Shown piece by piece: positions 1 through 12,483 of a DNA stretch of 64,000 bases. The DNA is from Octopus sinensis. Taxonomy: Eukaryota. The notes beneath the pieces are model-generated. The model was not told where the DNA came from. It searched no databases and saw only the letters and a program-made list of their open reading frames with translations. Made by a program: the position numbers and the translations under genes. The stretch's first letter is position 1. Every line of letters begins with the position of its first letter. Where the stretch lies: assembly GCF_006345805.1 (NCBI RefSeq), contig NC_043000.1:57474001-57538000 (forward strand), read 5' to 3'.

Positions 1-1487
1 ATCTATCCAGAATCGCAATGTGGCTATAGAAGAAGCAGATCAACTATCGATATGATATTCTCCATACGCCAACTTCAGGAGAAGTCCAGAGAGCAGAGAA
101 TGCCATTATATATGGCCTTCATTGATCTAACAAGGTCTTTGACTCGGTAAGCAGAACAGGCCTCTTCACCCTGCTCCAAAAAATCGGATGTCCACCAAAG
201 CTGCTGAGGATCATCAAGTCTTTCCATGATGACATGCAAGGCACCATACAGCACAACGGTTCAACATCAGCCGCCTTCCAAATAAAAAACGGGGTAAAGC
301 AAGGTTGTGTCCTCGCTCCTACATTGTTTGGCATCTTCTTCTCGCTTCTTACTCTCACATGCCTTTCAGACATCAGATGATGGAGTGTTCCTGCACAGTA
401 GAAGTGACGGGAAACTGTTCAATCTCTCGCGCATGCATGCCAAGACCAAAATCAGAAACGTCCTGATCAAGGAGATGCTATTTGCTGATGATGCCGCTCT
501 GGTATCACACACAGAAGAAGCCCTCCAAAGGGCTGTTTTGAGCAAGCATGTAATGACTTTGGCTTAGCTATCAGCCTTAAGAAGACCAACGTCATGGGTC
601 AGGCTACATTGGACATCCCAAACATACATATTGGAGACCATAGATTACAAGAGGTGGAGAAGTTTACCTATCTGGGCTCTACCGTCACCTACAACCTATC
701 CCTCGATGCTGAGCTCAATATACGCATTGGCAAGGCAGCTGTTGCGATGGCCCAACTCTCCAAATGGGCTTGGGACAACAATAAGCTGACCAAGACCACG
801 AAAATGAAGATCTACCAGGCATGTGTACTTAGCACTCTACTGTATGGAAGTGAGACTTGGACGCTATACACACGCCAAGAGCGTCGCCTAAACATCTTTC
901 ACCTGCGCTGCCTCCGGAAAATCCTCTGCATCAAATGGTAGAACCATATCCCCAACAAAGATGTCCTCAGGCAAGCAGGAATACCAAGCATGTTTGCACT
1001 CCTCACACAAAGACGTATGAGATGGCTTGGGCATGTTAGCCGTATGAAAGATGGCAGAATCCCCAAGGACATACTCTATGGAGAGCTTGCTAGGGGTACT
1101 AGGTCTGTGGGTAGACAGCTCTTACGTTACAAGGATGTTTGCAAAAGAGACATGAAGGCCTGCAACATCAATATTAGCAGTTGGGAGGCAGTTGCCGGCA
1201 ACCGTGGAGACTGGCGACGTACCGTAGGAGAGGAAATACAAAGGAGTGACAGAGAGAGAGAGGAGAAATGGAAAGACAAGAAAAGACGTCAACAAGAAAC
1301 TATGGCATTACAACCAGCCAGGAACAGTCTTCGCTACATTTGCGGTACCTGCCAGAGTGTTTGTCCAGGATAGGACTACACAGCCACAGCAGGAAATGTA
1401 TCAGGACATGAAATGTAAAAGCCGGACTAGACTACTTTATGCGCAACTCCATTGTCTCCCGAGACAAAAAGGATGCCAACCATTATA
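1..1487 (+). mobile_element. RTE-clade LINE, 3' part (copy 1, cut by window edge), inactivated
   Basis: RT motifs (KQGCVLAP, LFADD, FTYLGS, LLYGSETW, RMRWLGH) in ORF fragments; 3' end ...gagacaaaaaggatgccaac; frameshifts and in-frame TAG at 939-941. Confidence 0.92.
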
Positions 1488-1657
1488 AATTTACGGTAAA
1501 ATATTTTACCTTCACCCATCCAATACAATAAATGATTTAATTGCATTGCAATTATAAGCACTTATGTATTTAGTATTTGGGTGCTTCACCAGCAGTATAT
1601 TGGATAACTGATATCCTATAGTGGGTTACCCTCATAACCCCTATCTTACTTTGTACT

Positions 1658-1688
<31 letters not shown>

Positions 1689-1719
1689 TATACACACACT
1701 TGTACATACATACAGATAA

Positions 1720-1759
<40 letters not shown>

Positions 1760-1910
1760 CAAATAAGAAAAAGGAGGAACAAATTCATTTCGATCATCAA
1801 TTTACAGATATTACAATTTCATATTATTTATTAATTATATAAATAGGAACATGAAAATCAAACAAAACAATATACATCAATATGCAAATTAATAATACAA
1901 TAAAAATAAT

Positions 1911-4646
1911 GATTCGTGGCCCATTTGTATTGGACACTTTGGTACTGGCAACATGAATGACAATGGTCAGAGACTACTTGAATCCTGCACATACCACAAC
2001 CTGTGCATCACAAACACATTCTTTACCAACAAGCCATCCCACAAGGCATCTTGGAGACATCCAAGATCTCACTACTGGCATCAGCTGGATCTCATCATTA
2101 CACAGAGATCCTTTCTGAATTCTACTCTATTGACCCGCAGTTACCAGAGCGCGGATTGTGACACAGACCACTCACTAATTAGAAGTAGGGTGAGGATTCT
2201 ACCTAAAAAAGTCCACCACTCCAAGAAAGTGGGCCGACCACGCATTAACACTGCCAGAACCTCGGACCCTACACTGCGAAAATGTTTTGCTGCTGCTATC
2301 AAGGTTGCCCTCAGTGGCTGCCCAACCTCCTCTGCTGAAAGTAGGTGGAACTACATCAGGGAAGCTTTGTATACGACATCAATAGATACTTTTGGCATGA
2401 GAGAAAGGCAAAACCCAGATTGCTGGGCTCTCAGAGCTGGAGCCAGTTATCGAAGCAAAGCGTGCAGCTCTGATGCAATACAAGAGCGACTCTTCTACAA
2501 AGTCACTCGAAGAACTCAGAAAGGCACGAAATAAAACCAAACTGACAGCCAGACACTGTGCAAATAGGTATTGGCAGGAAATCTGTCAGAGTATCCAGTC
2601 AGCTTCTGACAGGGGCGACACCCGTGGAATGTATGCCGGTTTGAAGAAGGCTCTTGGTCCATCCGCAACCAAGTCAACCCCTCTGAAATCAACTACTGGA
2701 GATCTCATCAGGGATCAAAGCAAGCAAATGGATAGATGGGTGGAGCACTACCAGGATCTCTACTCACAGGAGACTACAGTGGCTGAGGCTGCAGTCGAGA
2801 GTGTCAAGATCTTGCCAGTCATGTGCGAACTTGACAGTCCGCCATCTATAGCAGAGCTCATCAAGGCTGTTGACTCCCTAGCAAGAAACAAGGCTCCGGG
2901 AAAAGACGGCATCCCCTCAGAGATCATCAAAGCCAGCAAAAACACCATCCTGCTTCGGCACCTTCATGAGCTTCTGTGTCAGTGCTGGGAAGAGGGTACA
3001 ATCCCTCAGGATATGTGGGATGCTAACATCATTACGCTTTACAAAAACAAAGGTGACCGTGGTGATTGTAACAATTACCGTGGAATATCTCTTCTAAGCA
3101 CTGTTGGAAAGACCTTTGCCCGCGTTATCCTGGCCAGGCTACAACTACTTGCTTCTCGAATCTATCCAGAATCGCAATGTGGCTATAGAAGAAGCAGATC
3201 AACTATCGATATGATATTCTCCATACGCCAACTTCAGGAGAAGTCCAGAGAGCAGAGAATGCCATTATATATGGCCTTCATTGATCTAACAAAGGTCTTT
3301 GACTCGGTAAGCAGAACAGGCCTCTTCACCCTGCTCCAAAAAATCGGATGTCCACCAAAGCTGCTGAGGATCATCAAGTCTTTCCATGATGACATGCAAG
3401 GCACCATACAGCACAACGGTTCAACATCAGCCGCCTTCCAAATAAAAAACGGGGTAAAGCAAGGTTGTGTCCTCGCTCCTACATTGTTTGGCATCTTCTT
3501 CTCGCTCTTACTCTCACATGCCTTTCAGACATCAGATGATGGAGTGTTCCTGCACAGTAGAAGTGACGGGAAACTGTTCAATCTCTCGCGCATGCATGCC
3601 AAGACCAAAATCAGAAACGTCCTGATCAAGGAGATGCTATTTGCTGATGATGCCGCTCTGGTATCACACACAGAAGAAGCCCTCCAAAGGGCTGTTTTGA
3701 GCAAGCATGTAATGACTTTGGCTTAGCTATCAGCCTTAAGAAGACCAACGTCATGGGTCAGGCTACATTGGACATCCCAAACATACATATTGGAGACCAT
3801 AGATTACAAGAGGTGGAGAAGTTTACCTATCTGGGCTCTACCGTCACCTACAACCTATCCCTCGATGCTGAGCTCAATATACGCATTGGCAAGGCAGCTG
3901 TTGCGATGGCCCAACTCTCCAAATGGGCTTGGGACAACAATAAGCTGACCAAGACCACGAAAATGAAGATCTACCAGGCATGTGTACTTAGCACTCTACT
4001 GTATGGAAGTGAGACTTGGACGCTATACACACGCCAAGAGCGTCGCCTAAACATCTTTCACCTGCGCTGCCTCCGGAAAATCCTCTGCATCAAATGGTAG
4101 AACCATATCCCCAACAAAGATGTCCTCAGGCAAGCAGGAATACCAAGCATGTTTGCACTCCTCACACAAAGACGTATGAGATGGCTTGGGCATGTTAGCC
4201 GTATGAAAGATGGCAGAATCCCCAAGGACATACTCTATGGAGAGCTTGCTAGGGGTACTAGGTCTGTGGGTAGACAGCTCTTACGTTACAAGGATGTTTG
4301 CAAAAGAGACATGAAGGCCTGCAACATCAATATTAGCAGTTGGGAGGCAGTTGCCGGCAACCGTGGAGACTGGCGACGTACCGTAGGAGAGGAAATACAA
4401 AGGAGTGACAGAGAGAGAGAGGAGAAATGGAAAGACAAGAAAAGACGTCAACAAGAAACTATGGCATTACAACCAGCCAGGAACAGTCTTCGCTACATTT
4501 GCGGTACCTGCCAGAGTGTTTGTCCAGGATAGGACTACACAGCCACAGCAGGAAATGTATCAGGACATGAAATGTAAAAGCCGGACTAGACTACTTTATG
4601 CGCAACTCCATTGTCTCCCGAGACAAAAAGGATGCCAACTATTATA
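1911..4646 (+). mobile_element. RTE-clade LINE, 5'-truncated (end of APE endonuclease + RT), copy 2
   Basis: ORFs 1953-2534 (endonuclease C-terminal part: HWHQLD, DCDTDH), 2473-3726 (RT: APGKDGIP, NYRGISLL, FIDLTKVFD, LFADD), 3753-4100, 4149-4532; broken by frameshifts near 2450 and 3700 and a TAG at 4098-4100. Confidence 0.95.
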
Positions 4647-4877
4647 AATTTACGGTAAAATATTTTACCTTCACCCATCCAATACAATAAATGATTTAAT
4701 TGCATTGCAATTATAAGCACTTATGTATTTAGTATTTGGGTGCTTCACCAGCAGTATATTGGATAACTGATATCCTATAGTGGGTTACCCTCATAACCCC
4801 TATCTTACTTTGTACTACATACATACATACATACACACACACACATATACACACACACACGCATACATACATACATG

Positions 4878-5205
4878 TAAAGAAGCACTCTGTTGGTTAT
4901 GACGACAAGGGTCCCAGCTGATACTATCAACGGAACAGCTTGCTTGTGAAATTAACATGTAAGTGGCTGAACACTTCATAGACATGTGTACCCTTAATGT
5001 AGTTCTCAGAGAGATTCACCGTGACACATAGTGTGACAAGGCTGGCCCTTTGAAATACAGGTACTACTCAATTTTGCCAGCTGAGTGGATTGGAGCAATG
5101 TGAAATAAAGTGTCTTGCTCAAAGACACAACGTGTTGCTGGGAATTGAACTCATGATCTTACAATCATGAGCTGAATGCCCTAACCACTAAGACATGTGC
5201 CTTCA
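4878..5205 (-). mobile_element. tRNA-derived SINE
   Basis: tRNA-like head on minus strand (gtggttagggcattcagc...gagttcaattccc, A/B boxes) followed by a non-coding body. Confidence 0.7.
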
Positions 5206-6675
5206 CTGTATGTGTGTATATATACATATGTTCAAAATTAGGGAATGGAATAGATAAAATGTACGCTACATGTTTCATAGCTAGCAAATGTAGTTATTAC
5301 ACAAGCGAGGGGCAGTCCACTAGCTACTCATTGGGCTGCATACACAGCAACCTCAGCTGCCGACCGTAAACTATGAATAACATTTATCATCTTACCGAAC
5401 TTCAATATGGAAAAAATTTACAACCCTCTAACATCAGTAAACCACTATTGTTCCTAAAAGTTGTTTTTTTTTACCTTCTACAGACTGCTCAAAGCTTACT
5501 AACATCTTAAACCTTGATCTTTAGATCTTACCTTTGCAAACACACACACATACATATATAGTAAAACAAAACAATCCCCTCACGCAATGGCTATTCCTCC
5601 ATGCTCTGCTTATTATAACCAGAAATAGCTCTGACAAAAGTAGCATTAATTTTCTTAGGTTGTTCAATTTGCCTCAATTGATCAATGGACCAATTGAGTA
5701 AACCTATCGGTAATGTACCTATAGTGACTACTGGAAACATCTGTAAGCCAAATTTGCTCTAATAAAAGAATTATATGTAATGACCATTCTTATATACATA
5801 TATATATATTAGAAGGTTTGGAGGTGATGTACAGGTATTATATATTAGAAAAAATAAGGTACTCAGAAATCTGGATGTTTGTACATTTACAGATTTTTAT
5901 TAATATGTCACGTTTTTATAAATCATATATTAGGGCTTGCATCTACTCTAGTAGATTCTTCAGATTTTAAGTTTTTTTAGGGGATTCCTCTCTTTATAGT
6001 ATTATTGAGTGTGTAGGGTTGGAGAGAGATATAGTAACACATGGGATGGATGAGTCGCTGAAGAGGTCACAAGTGTGTGATGAAAGATTTCCAGACAATG
6101 GTCATATGATAAAAGAAGAACAATAATAAAGGAATGAAGCACGAACATATTGTACGTGTATTTATTTGGCAAGAAAAATCAAATGACCATCCTGAAATAC
6201 AGGTCATGATACACTTATCTTAAAATCAAAAGAAGAGCTGGAAAAGCAGGATAAATAACTAGAAAGCCATTTGAAAAAATATCAAGTATACTAATATCAA
6301 GAAGCATTAATAGTTTTCAAATTTTGGCACAAGGTCACCAATTTGAGGGGAGGAGATAAAGCAATTACACAGACCCCAGTACTCAAGTGGTACTTATTTT
6401 ATTGACCCTGAATTGACATCAAAAAAAGATAGATAGTGTTCGCATTTTTCAATAGAGTTGAGCATAGATAAGGTTATTAAAACATATGGTTAACTCTATA
6501 CAAGTGAAATTTGAAGGACAAAACTAAACCCTTTTTGATATATATTCCAGTTCAGCCAACTTGCATTGTTAAATATGCAATATCTAGGGAAAAGACAGGA
6601 TGGGCATGACTGGAACAGTTTTGATGACAGAGCTGACCTGAGGACTAAACAACAACAGGATTGTTGTCATCGTCA

Positions 6676-6815
6676 TCACCCTCCTCCTCCTCCTTTCATC
6701 CCTCCCAACATGTTGCTGCTGCCACCATGGCCATTGCTGCTGCCGCCACCACCACCAGCACCACCACTGCCACCACCGCCACCCCCGCCGCCACCACCAC
6801 CACTATCACCACCAT
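6676..6815. repeat. GC-rich imperfect (CCA/CCG/CCT)n trinucleotide tract
   Basis: Visible triplet repeat; explains the poly-Pro and poly-Gly ORFs. Confidence 0.85.
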
Positions 6816-6842
6816 TGTGTTCTGAATTCATAACGTTTAGAG

Positions 6843-7363
6843 CAGTGTTTCTCAAACTTGTCACCTTTGTGTAATCCTTAAAATAAATTACATGTCTCAA
6901 GGAAGCCCTGCACAAAAAAATATTATGTATCATATCTTTCTCATATTTTTTTCATCGTAGCTCATGTGATAAATATCATACATACATACATACATACAGA
7001 CAGACAGACAGACAAACAAAAATACCCTGCTGTTGATGTTGAAATTCTAATGAAGGAACCTTGGATCTAGGTTAGAAACTGGTTCTTTCTCTATTGGCAA
7101 GAAATTTTGAAATAAACTGAATAATGACATCCATCCATCCATACATACATGCATGGCTGTTATTATTTTTTTTGATAACATAATAGGTTAGATAGGATGA
7201 TGTCTATATTACAATATTGCAGTAACTAATAATATGTTGTGCATGTATGGTAATATTATGATAGTGAAATTAGCATTAACTTATCTCACCTCTTTCTCAC
7301 GGAACCCCTAGGAACCTTTTGTGGAACCCTAGGGTTCCAGGGAACCCCAGTTGAGAAACGCTG
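6843..7363. mobile_element. hAT (Charlie-like) MITE with internal insertions
   Basis: TIRs CAGTGTTTCTCAA / TTGAGAAACGCTG; 8-bp TSD gtttagag/gtttagat; same family as 20625-20819. Confidence 0.85.
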
Positions 7364-7427
7364 GTTTAGATATTAACAGAAGGAAAAATGAGTTAATAAG
7401 GAAATATTAAAATAATTATTTCTTTAC

Positions 7428-7601
7428 CTGATATTGGTTGGGTGCTGGTAGTGGAATGTGTTCCACTTGTTCAGCAATATTCTTTTGGAACGCTCTAGTG
7501 TTGCCAGAACGATTGAAGTCACGCTTGGTATTGAATGATGAAGGGAGTGAAACAAATGTGCCGCTACTTTCAGTTCTTGACAAAGAAAATCTACGTTTAC
7601 T
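7428..7601 (-). CDS. STPG1: STPG1 coding exon 4 (174 bp, phase 0/0)
   Basis: caccag|AGTAAA ... TATCAG|gtaaag; SKRRFSLSRTESSGTFVSLPSSFNTKRDFNRSGNTRAFQKNIAEQVEHIPLPAPNQYQ. Confidence 0.85.
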
Positions 7602-7786
7602 CTGGTGATTCCACATTTGCAACCACAAGGAAAAGGAATGATGGAGGAAAATAATGGAAAAAGATAAAGGAATGATTAATCAGCAGCTGAGGGAATAAAA
7701 TCCAAACTTACAAGGAAAAAATTCAATTTAGAAATACTAAATCAAATTTCACACAATATAATATATATATAAAATTAGAAAAAAAA

Positions 7787-8070
7787 CACCTTTTATCAAT
7801 TCAAAATGAACAATTAAATTACACCATCTAGAAAATTACATATAATAGAAAAATTGAAATTAAAATAACAATAAAATGTCAAAGATTAAGTAAATTGCAA
7901 AAAATAATAATAAAAACATATATAATACCTATTATATATGTTTTTATTATTATTTTTTGCAATTTACTTAATCTTTGACATTTTATTGTTATTTTAATTT
8001 CAATTTTTCTATTATATGTAATTTTCTAGATGGTGTAATTTAATTGTTCATTTTGAATTGATAAAAGGTG
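7787..8070. repeat. Perfect palindrome, 141-bp arms, 2-nt loop (cc at 7928-7929), part of an interspersed repeat starting ~7686
   Basis: caccttttatcaattc...catatataata cc tattatatatg...gaattgataaaaggtg; related copy at 62671-62880. Confidence 0.92.
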
Positions 8071-8101
8071 GTTTTTTTGTAATTCTATATATATAGATAC
8101 A

Positions 8102-8143
<42 letters not shown>

Positions 8144-8240
8144 ATATATATATATATATATACACATACATACACACATATATACACATGTATAGGATTG
8201 GGGAGTGGGAGGTAATCATATATATATATATATATATATC

Positions 8241-8950
8241 TGATTACCTCCCACTCCCCAATCCTATCCCTTTGGCCCTGTGCCACTGTATCATTGCTCT
8301 CCACTTGCCCCCAACCTACAGGCCTTGTCTCATTCTATTATTGCCATCTGCTAGCCCCCAACCTGGGTGTTCCACCCACATATAACAAGAAAACTTTTCC
8401 CTCACCCTACCCCAACAAGCCAATCTACATCTCTTCTCTTTATCACATTTCCTCCTTCGTACACTATACCTAGTTCTCACTCCCTAATCCTGTCCTCACA
8501 CCCCTGTTCCTCTGTATTATTGCAATCCGGTAGCCCCTCCAACTCTATATATACCCAGGTCTTTCACTGCTTACTCACACTCTTTCATCACACTCCCTGC
8601 ACAATACTCTGCCACCTATATTATGGCATTTGAACCTCAAGGGTATGCCTTGGCACTTTCCACCATCTATATCTCTTTCTTCCTTTACTCAACCATCTCA
8701 TATTCTGATCCCAGTTCCTCGTGAGTATGCCTGGCATTTTGCCACCATCTCTATTCTGCTGTCTCCTACACTCTTTCCTTCTTCGGCACTTCCCTCAGGT
8801 TGGGCAACTGTGTATTTTCCTTGTGGTAGCACACCTGTTTCTGTCTTCATTCTTGATCTTTCTCTCTCCTGCTGCGAAGCCTTGTACTTCCTCTACAGCA
8901 AGACACCTGTATCTGTCTCGCCACTATAACTTTTTCATCATCCCCTCCAA
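8241..8950. mobile_element. Unclassified interspersed repeat fragment (possibly Penelope-like)
   Basis: 8690-8960 is homologous in reverse orientation to 46950-47219 (and a shorter piece at 50925-50990); family assignment is a guess. Confidence 0.55.
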
Positions 8951-8964
8951 ATCCTCCTCTCCTC

Positions 8965-9240
8965 TTGTGGTTGGTGTTCGGAAGGACATCCAGCTGTAAA
9001 AACCTTGCCAAAACTGACCTTGCTTATGCTTGTGCCATATAAAAAACACTGCTCACCTTGCCTGTGCTTGTGCCACATAAAAAGCACTAAGTCCACTCTG
9101 CTGAGTGATTGGTGTTAGGAAGGGCATCCAGCTGTAAAAATCCTGCCAAAACAGTCACAGGAGTCTGGTGCAGGCTTTGTCTTGTCCAGCTCTTGTCCCA
9201 CCCATGCTAGCATTGAACGATGATGATGATGGCGATGATA
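8965..9240 (+). mobile_element. SINE-like repeat with (GAT)n tail
   Basis: ggaagggcatccagctgtaaaa...cccatgctagcattgaacgatgatgat motif recurs at ~11200-11470, 41540-41680, 44060-44260, 47290-47500, 53600-53825, 61430-61595 and inverted at 52845-52990 and 61915-62050. Confidence 0.75.
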
Positions 9241-9287
9241 CACAGACGTGCATGCGCGCACACACACACACACACACGCGCACACAC

Positions 9288-9335
<48 letters not shown>

Positions 9336-9836
9336 GCTGGTCAAAGTTGCACACCAGTAAAATAAGACTTTGCCATAACATCTTCAAATTTGTTATATTT
9401 TTGTGAGTAAATATGATAAATGTTCATAAAATGATGATTATTTCTATCTTAAAACCATGTAAGAAATTTTTTAAAAGTTAACTTCACCAATCAATGGAAT
9501 GGCAGATATAGTAGATTTCTTCTGAATAAGTACAAGCAATTTTTGAATGTGAGATTTATGGTCAATTAAATAACTGGCAAAGTCAATTAATTGGTACTTG
9601 TATATATTTAATAGGTAGTGAAGACAAACAATTTTAAATCAGCTTCAATAACATGAAAACATAGAGGAATGATATTATAAGACTCAAATTTATGTTATAT
9701 CAGTCAATTCAAATGTCTTTTCATGCAGACATAACATTAATAATTGAATTTTCCTTATTTTCCTCGTAGCAGGAAAACATTTTTGGCTTCCATAATAATT
9801 TTCTCTTAATAGATAAAATAAAGATTATTAACTTAC

Positions 9837-9935
9837 CATTGATGCCAGACCACCAGTCCCTTTTTTTGAGTATGAAGCACTGTTTGATTCAAATTCTGAG
9901 AGGGTTTCATATTTTCCAGGTCCAGGAATATCATT
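9837..9935 (-). CDS. STPG1: STPG1 coding exon 3 (99 bp, phase 0/0)
   Basis: gaacag|AATGAT ... TCAATG|gtaagt; NDIPGPGKYETLSEFESNSASYSKKGTGGLASM with a PGPG.Y SHIPPO-type repeat. Confidence 0.92.
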
Positions 9936-10118
9936 CTGTTCAACAAAAAATGTTACAATATTCATAAATCAGATTTCTGCCTTCAAGTAAGATTAAACTT
10001 AACTTTATTTTTATCTGGTCTTAACAATTGTTATTGATGTTGTTGAGTAATATCAGTTATATCCACAGATCAGTCATGATGTGCCAACCATACTCTTAAT
10101 ATTGTCTGGGAAATTATA

Positions 10119-10335
10119 GGGTGGTGAACTAGCAAAATTGTTAGCATGCTGGGCAAAATGTTTAACAGCATTTCATCTGTCTTCACATTGTAAGTTCAAG
10201 TTCTGCTGAGGTTGTCTTTGCCGTTTATCCTTTTGGGGTTGATAGAATTAGTACCAGTTGAGTACTGGGGCTGATGTAATTGACTTACACCCTGCTTTGA
10301 AATTGCTGGCCTTGTGCCAAAATTTGAAATCAATA
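10119..10335 (+). mobile_element. tRNA-derived SINE (second family), CpG-decayed copy
   Basis: ggtggtgaactagcaaaattgttagca...ggccttgtgccaaaatttgaaa; sisters at 12484-12697, 54282-54487, 54625-54810 and inverted at 42390-42550, 49680-49880. Confidence 0.8.
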
Positions 10336-10729
10336 ATGACTGGAAGATTTTTAATTGTCTTTTATCTTTTACTGGTTTCAGCCAGAAGCTGAGGCCATGC
10401 TGGGGCATTGGCTGGAGTTAATGAGACATGAAACCACACAACTTATAATGTAATTCAATGTGCATGTAAAGGTACCTAGTTTTGTTGTTAAAACTGTTTT
10501 AAGTTAATCTTATGTTAATTGAATATTTTATGAAGTAACAGGCTATTGTGATTTTGGATTTCTTTGGGCTTTACTGAAATCATCTGTTCATTGACACTTA
10601 CACTTAATAAATACTGTTATTTAAAGTATACAGTATTGTTTTGACAAATGCCTATTGAGATGAATTATACAAAGAATCACCAGCTCCTACCTCTGTGGGC
10701 AACTAAGGGCTTCTCGCTCAGGATGAAAT

Positions 10730-11020
10730 TTACACTCTATGATGCATGTGTGTGAACTGTCAAGCTATATGGCAGTGAAACATGGGCCATGACTGCTGAG
10801 GACATGCGCAGGCTTGAAAGAAATGAAGCTAGTATGATCTGCTGGATGTGTAATGTCAGTGTGCATACATGACAGAGTGTAAGCACCCTGAGAGAAAAGT
10901 TGGGTATAAGAAGCATCAAGCATTGTGTGCAAGAGAGATGACTGTGCTGGTATGGTCATGTGTTACATTTGGATGAGGACAGCTGTGTGAAGAAGTCCAC
11001 TCCCTAACAGTAGAGGGAAC
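10730..11020 (+). mobile_element. 3' fragment of an RTE-like LINE
   Basis: Degenerate translation LYGSETWAMTAEDMRRLERNEASM...LREKLGIRSI...WYGHV. Confidence 0.7.
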
Positions 11021-12483
11021 CTGAAAGATTTTTAATTGTCTTTTATCTTTTACTGATTTCAGCAGACCCAGGAAGACCTTTAAACATTGGGCCTCACAGA
11101 GGCAATGACAAGCGACTGAGACCTTTGGAGATATGCTGTGTTTGAGAAGACCAAGCAAGCCAAATGAAACTGTAGCTGTGGCCTAGGCCAGTGTCACATA
11201 ACTGGTCTATTTAAGAGTCCCATGCTGGTGGCACATATGAAGCACCATTCGAGTGTGGTTGATGCCAGTCCACCTGACTGGCCCCTGTGCTGGTGGAATG
11301 TAAACAGCACCCACTACACTCTCAGAGTGGTTGGCATTAGGAAGGGCATCCAGTTGTAAAAACCTTGCCAGATCAGATTGGAGCCTGGTGCAGCCTCCTG
11401 GCTTACCAGTCCTCAGTCAAACTCTCTAACTCATGCCAGTGTGGAAAACAGATGTTAAACGATGATGATCATAATATTTGTTTCCAAGATGTAGTTGTTT
11501 GGCAAGTGAGTGGATTCAGACCATGTGTTATAACTAAAACAATTACAACATGGAAGACATATAATAGGCATTCAAAAAACACAAAAACTCTTAACTTCAC
11601 ACTTTTATTATTTGATGTTAAAGTTTCCTTGCACTAGCTGCAACTTGGTTCACAAGTGAAATTGTGTCACTGACCAGGTTCCAGTTAGTGTAAGGAAAAT
11701 TTGACACCAAATAATAAATGTTTAAGTGATGTTAATAGTTTTTATGTGTTTTTGAATGGTTAATATGCATCCTCCACCTGTATTAATTAATTAATTGTTT
11801 GTTTCTTTGTTTGGTTGGTTGGTGAACTTGCCATGAGGTGACTATATAAGTCATTATATAAGTCTTGCAACACAGACCAACACTAGCCTCTTTGGAGTCT
11901 GTTTGATCATACACACACACACACACATATGTAGTGTCATTATCTGCATAATACATACTAAGTTATATAGATAAAATAGTTGATGAGATAAAAACTACTT
12001 GTGATTTTAAGATCAAATTATCTGTAAATGTAACACACCTAGTGTGTCTAAATGTCTCGATGTTTGTGGGTTGATTTACTGATGCCAGGTGTCATGATGA
12101 CAAAGATTAGGTCAAAAGTAGATCATTTTTTTCTCTTTTCATTCTTGCTTTCTTTAAGAGAAATAAACTAGGTAATATTCTGAGAATATTTGAATAGCTC
12201 TGTTATTGAGTGCAATTTGGGTTTTTGAAAAAAAAAATTTTTTTTTTGCTTACATAATTCGAACATTTCTCTATCAGGAAAGTGTTAGGAATTACATATT
12301 AAAACAATATAAATCCAGAAGAAAAATCATGAAAAAGTCTAAAATTTTATAAATTCAAGGAAAATTGATGTAATGAGTTTGAAACTGAAAATTTGCCTAG
12401 ATAATTGTTTTTTAAAACATTGGATCTCGAAGCAGAAAATCTATAAATAAGAGCATGTAAATATTCGCTTTAAAAAAAAAACA

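Larger units (their letters stand above)
1..4856. repeat. Near-identical tandem duplication, period 3159 bp (1-~1699 matches 3160-~4856)
   Basis: Direct comparison: same LINE sequence plus ~200 bp non-LINE flank; differences are two 1-bp indels (~131, ~346), one substitution (~1481/4640) and one CA unit. Confidence 0.95.

Noticed and set aside
6566-6933. Poly-Pro (+) and poly-Gly (-) ORFs
   Set aside because: Produced by the CCN triplet tract; no splice-consistent link to any gene
1488-7427. Further STPG1 3' exons
   Set aside because: No splice-bounded frame with PGPG.Y repeats found by manual reading; presumably left of the window
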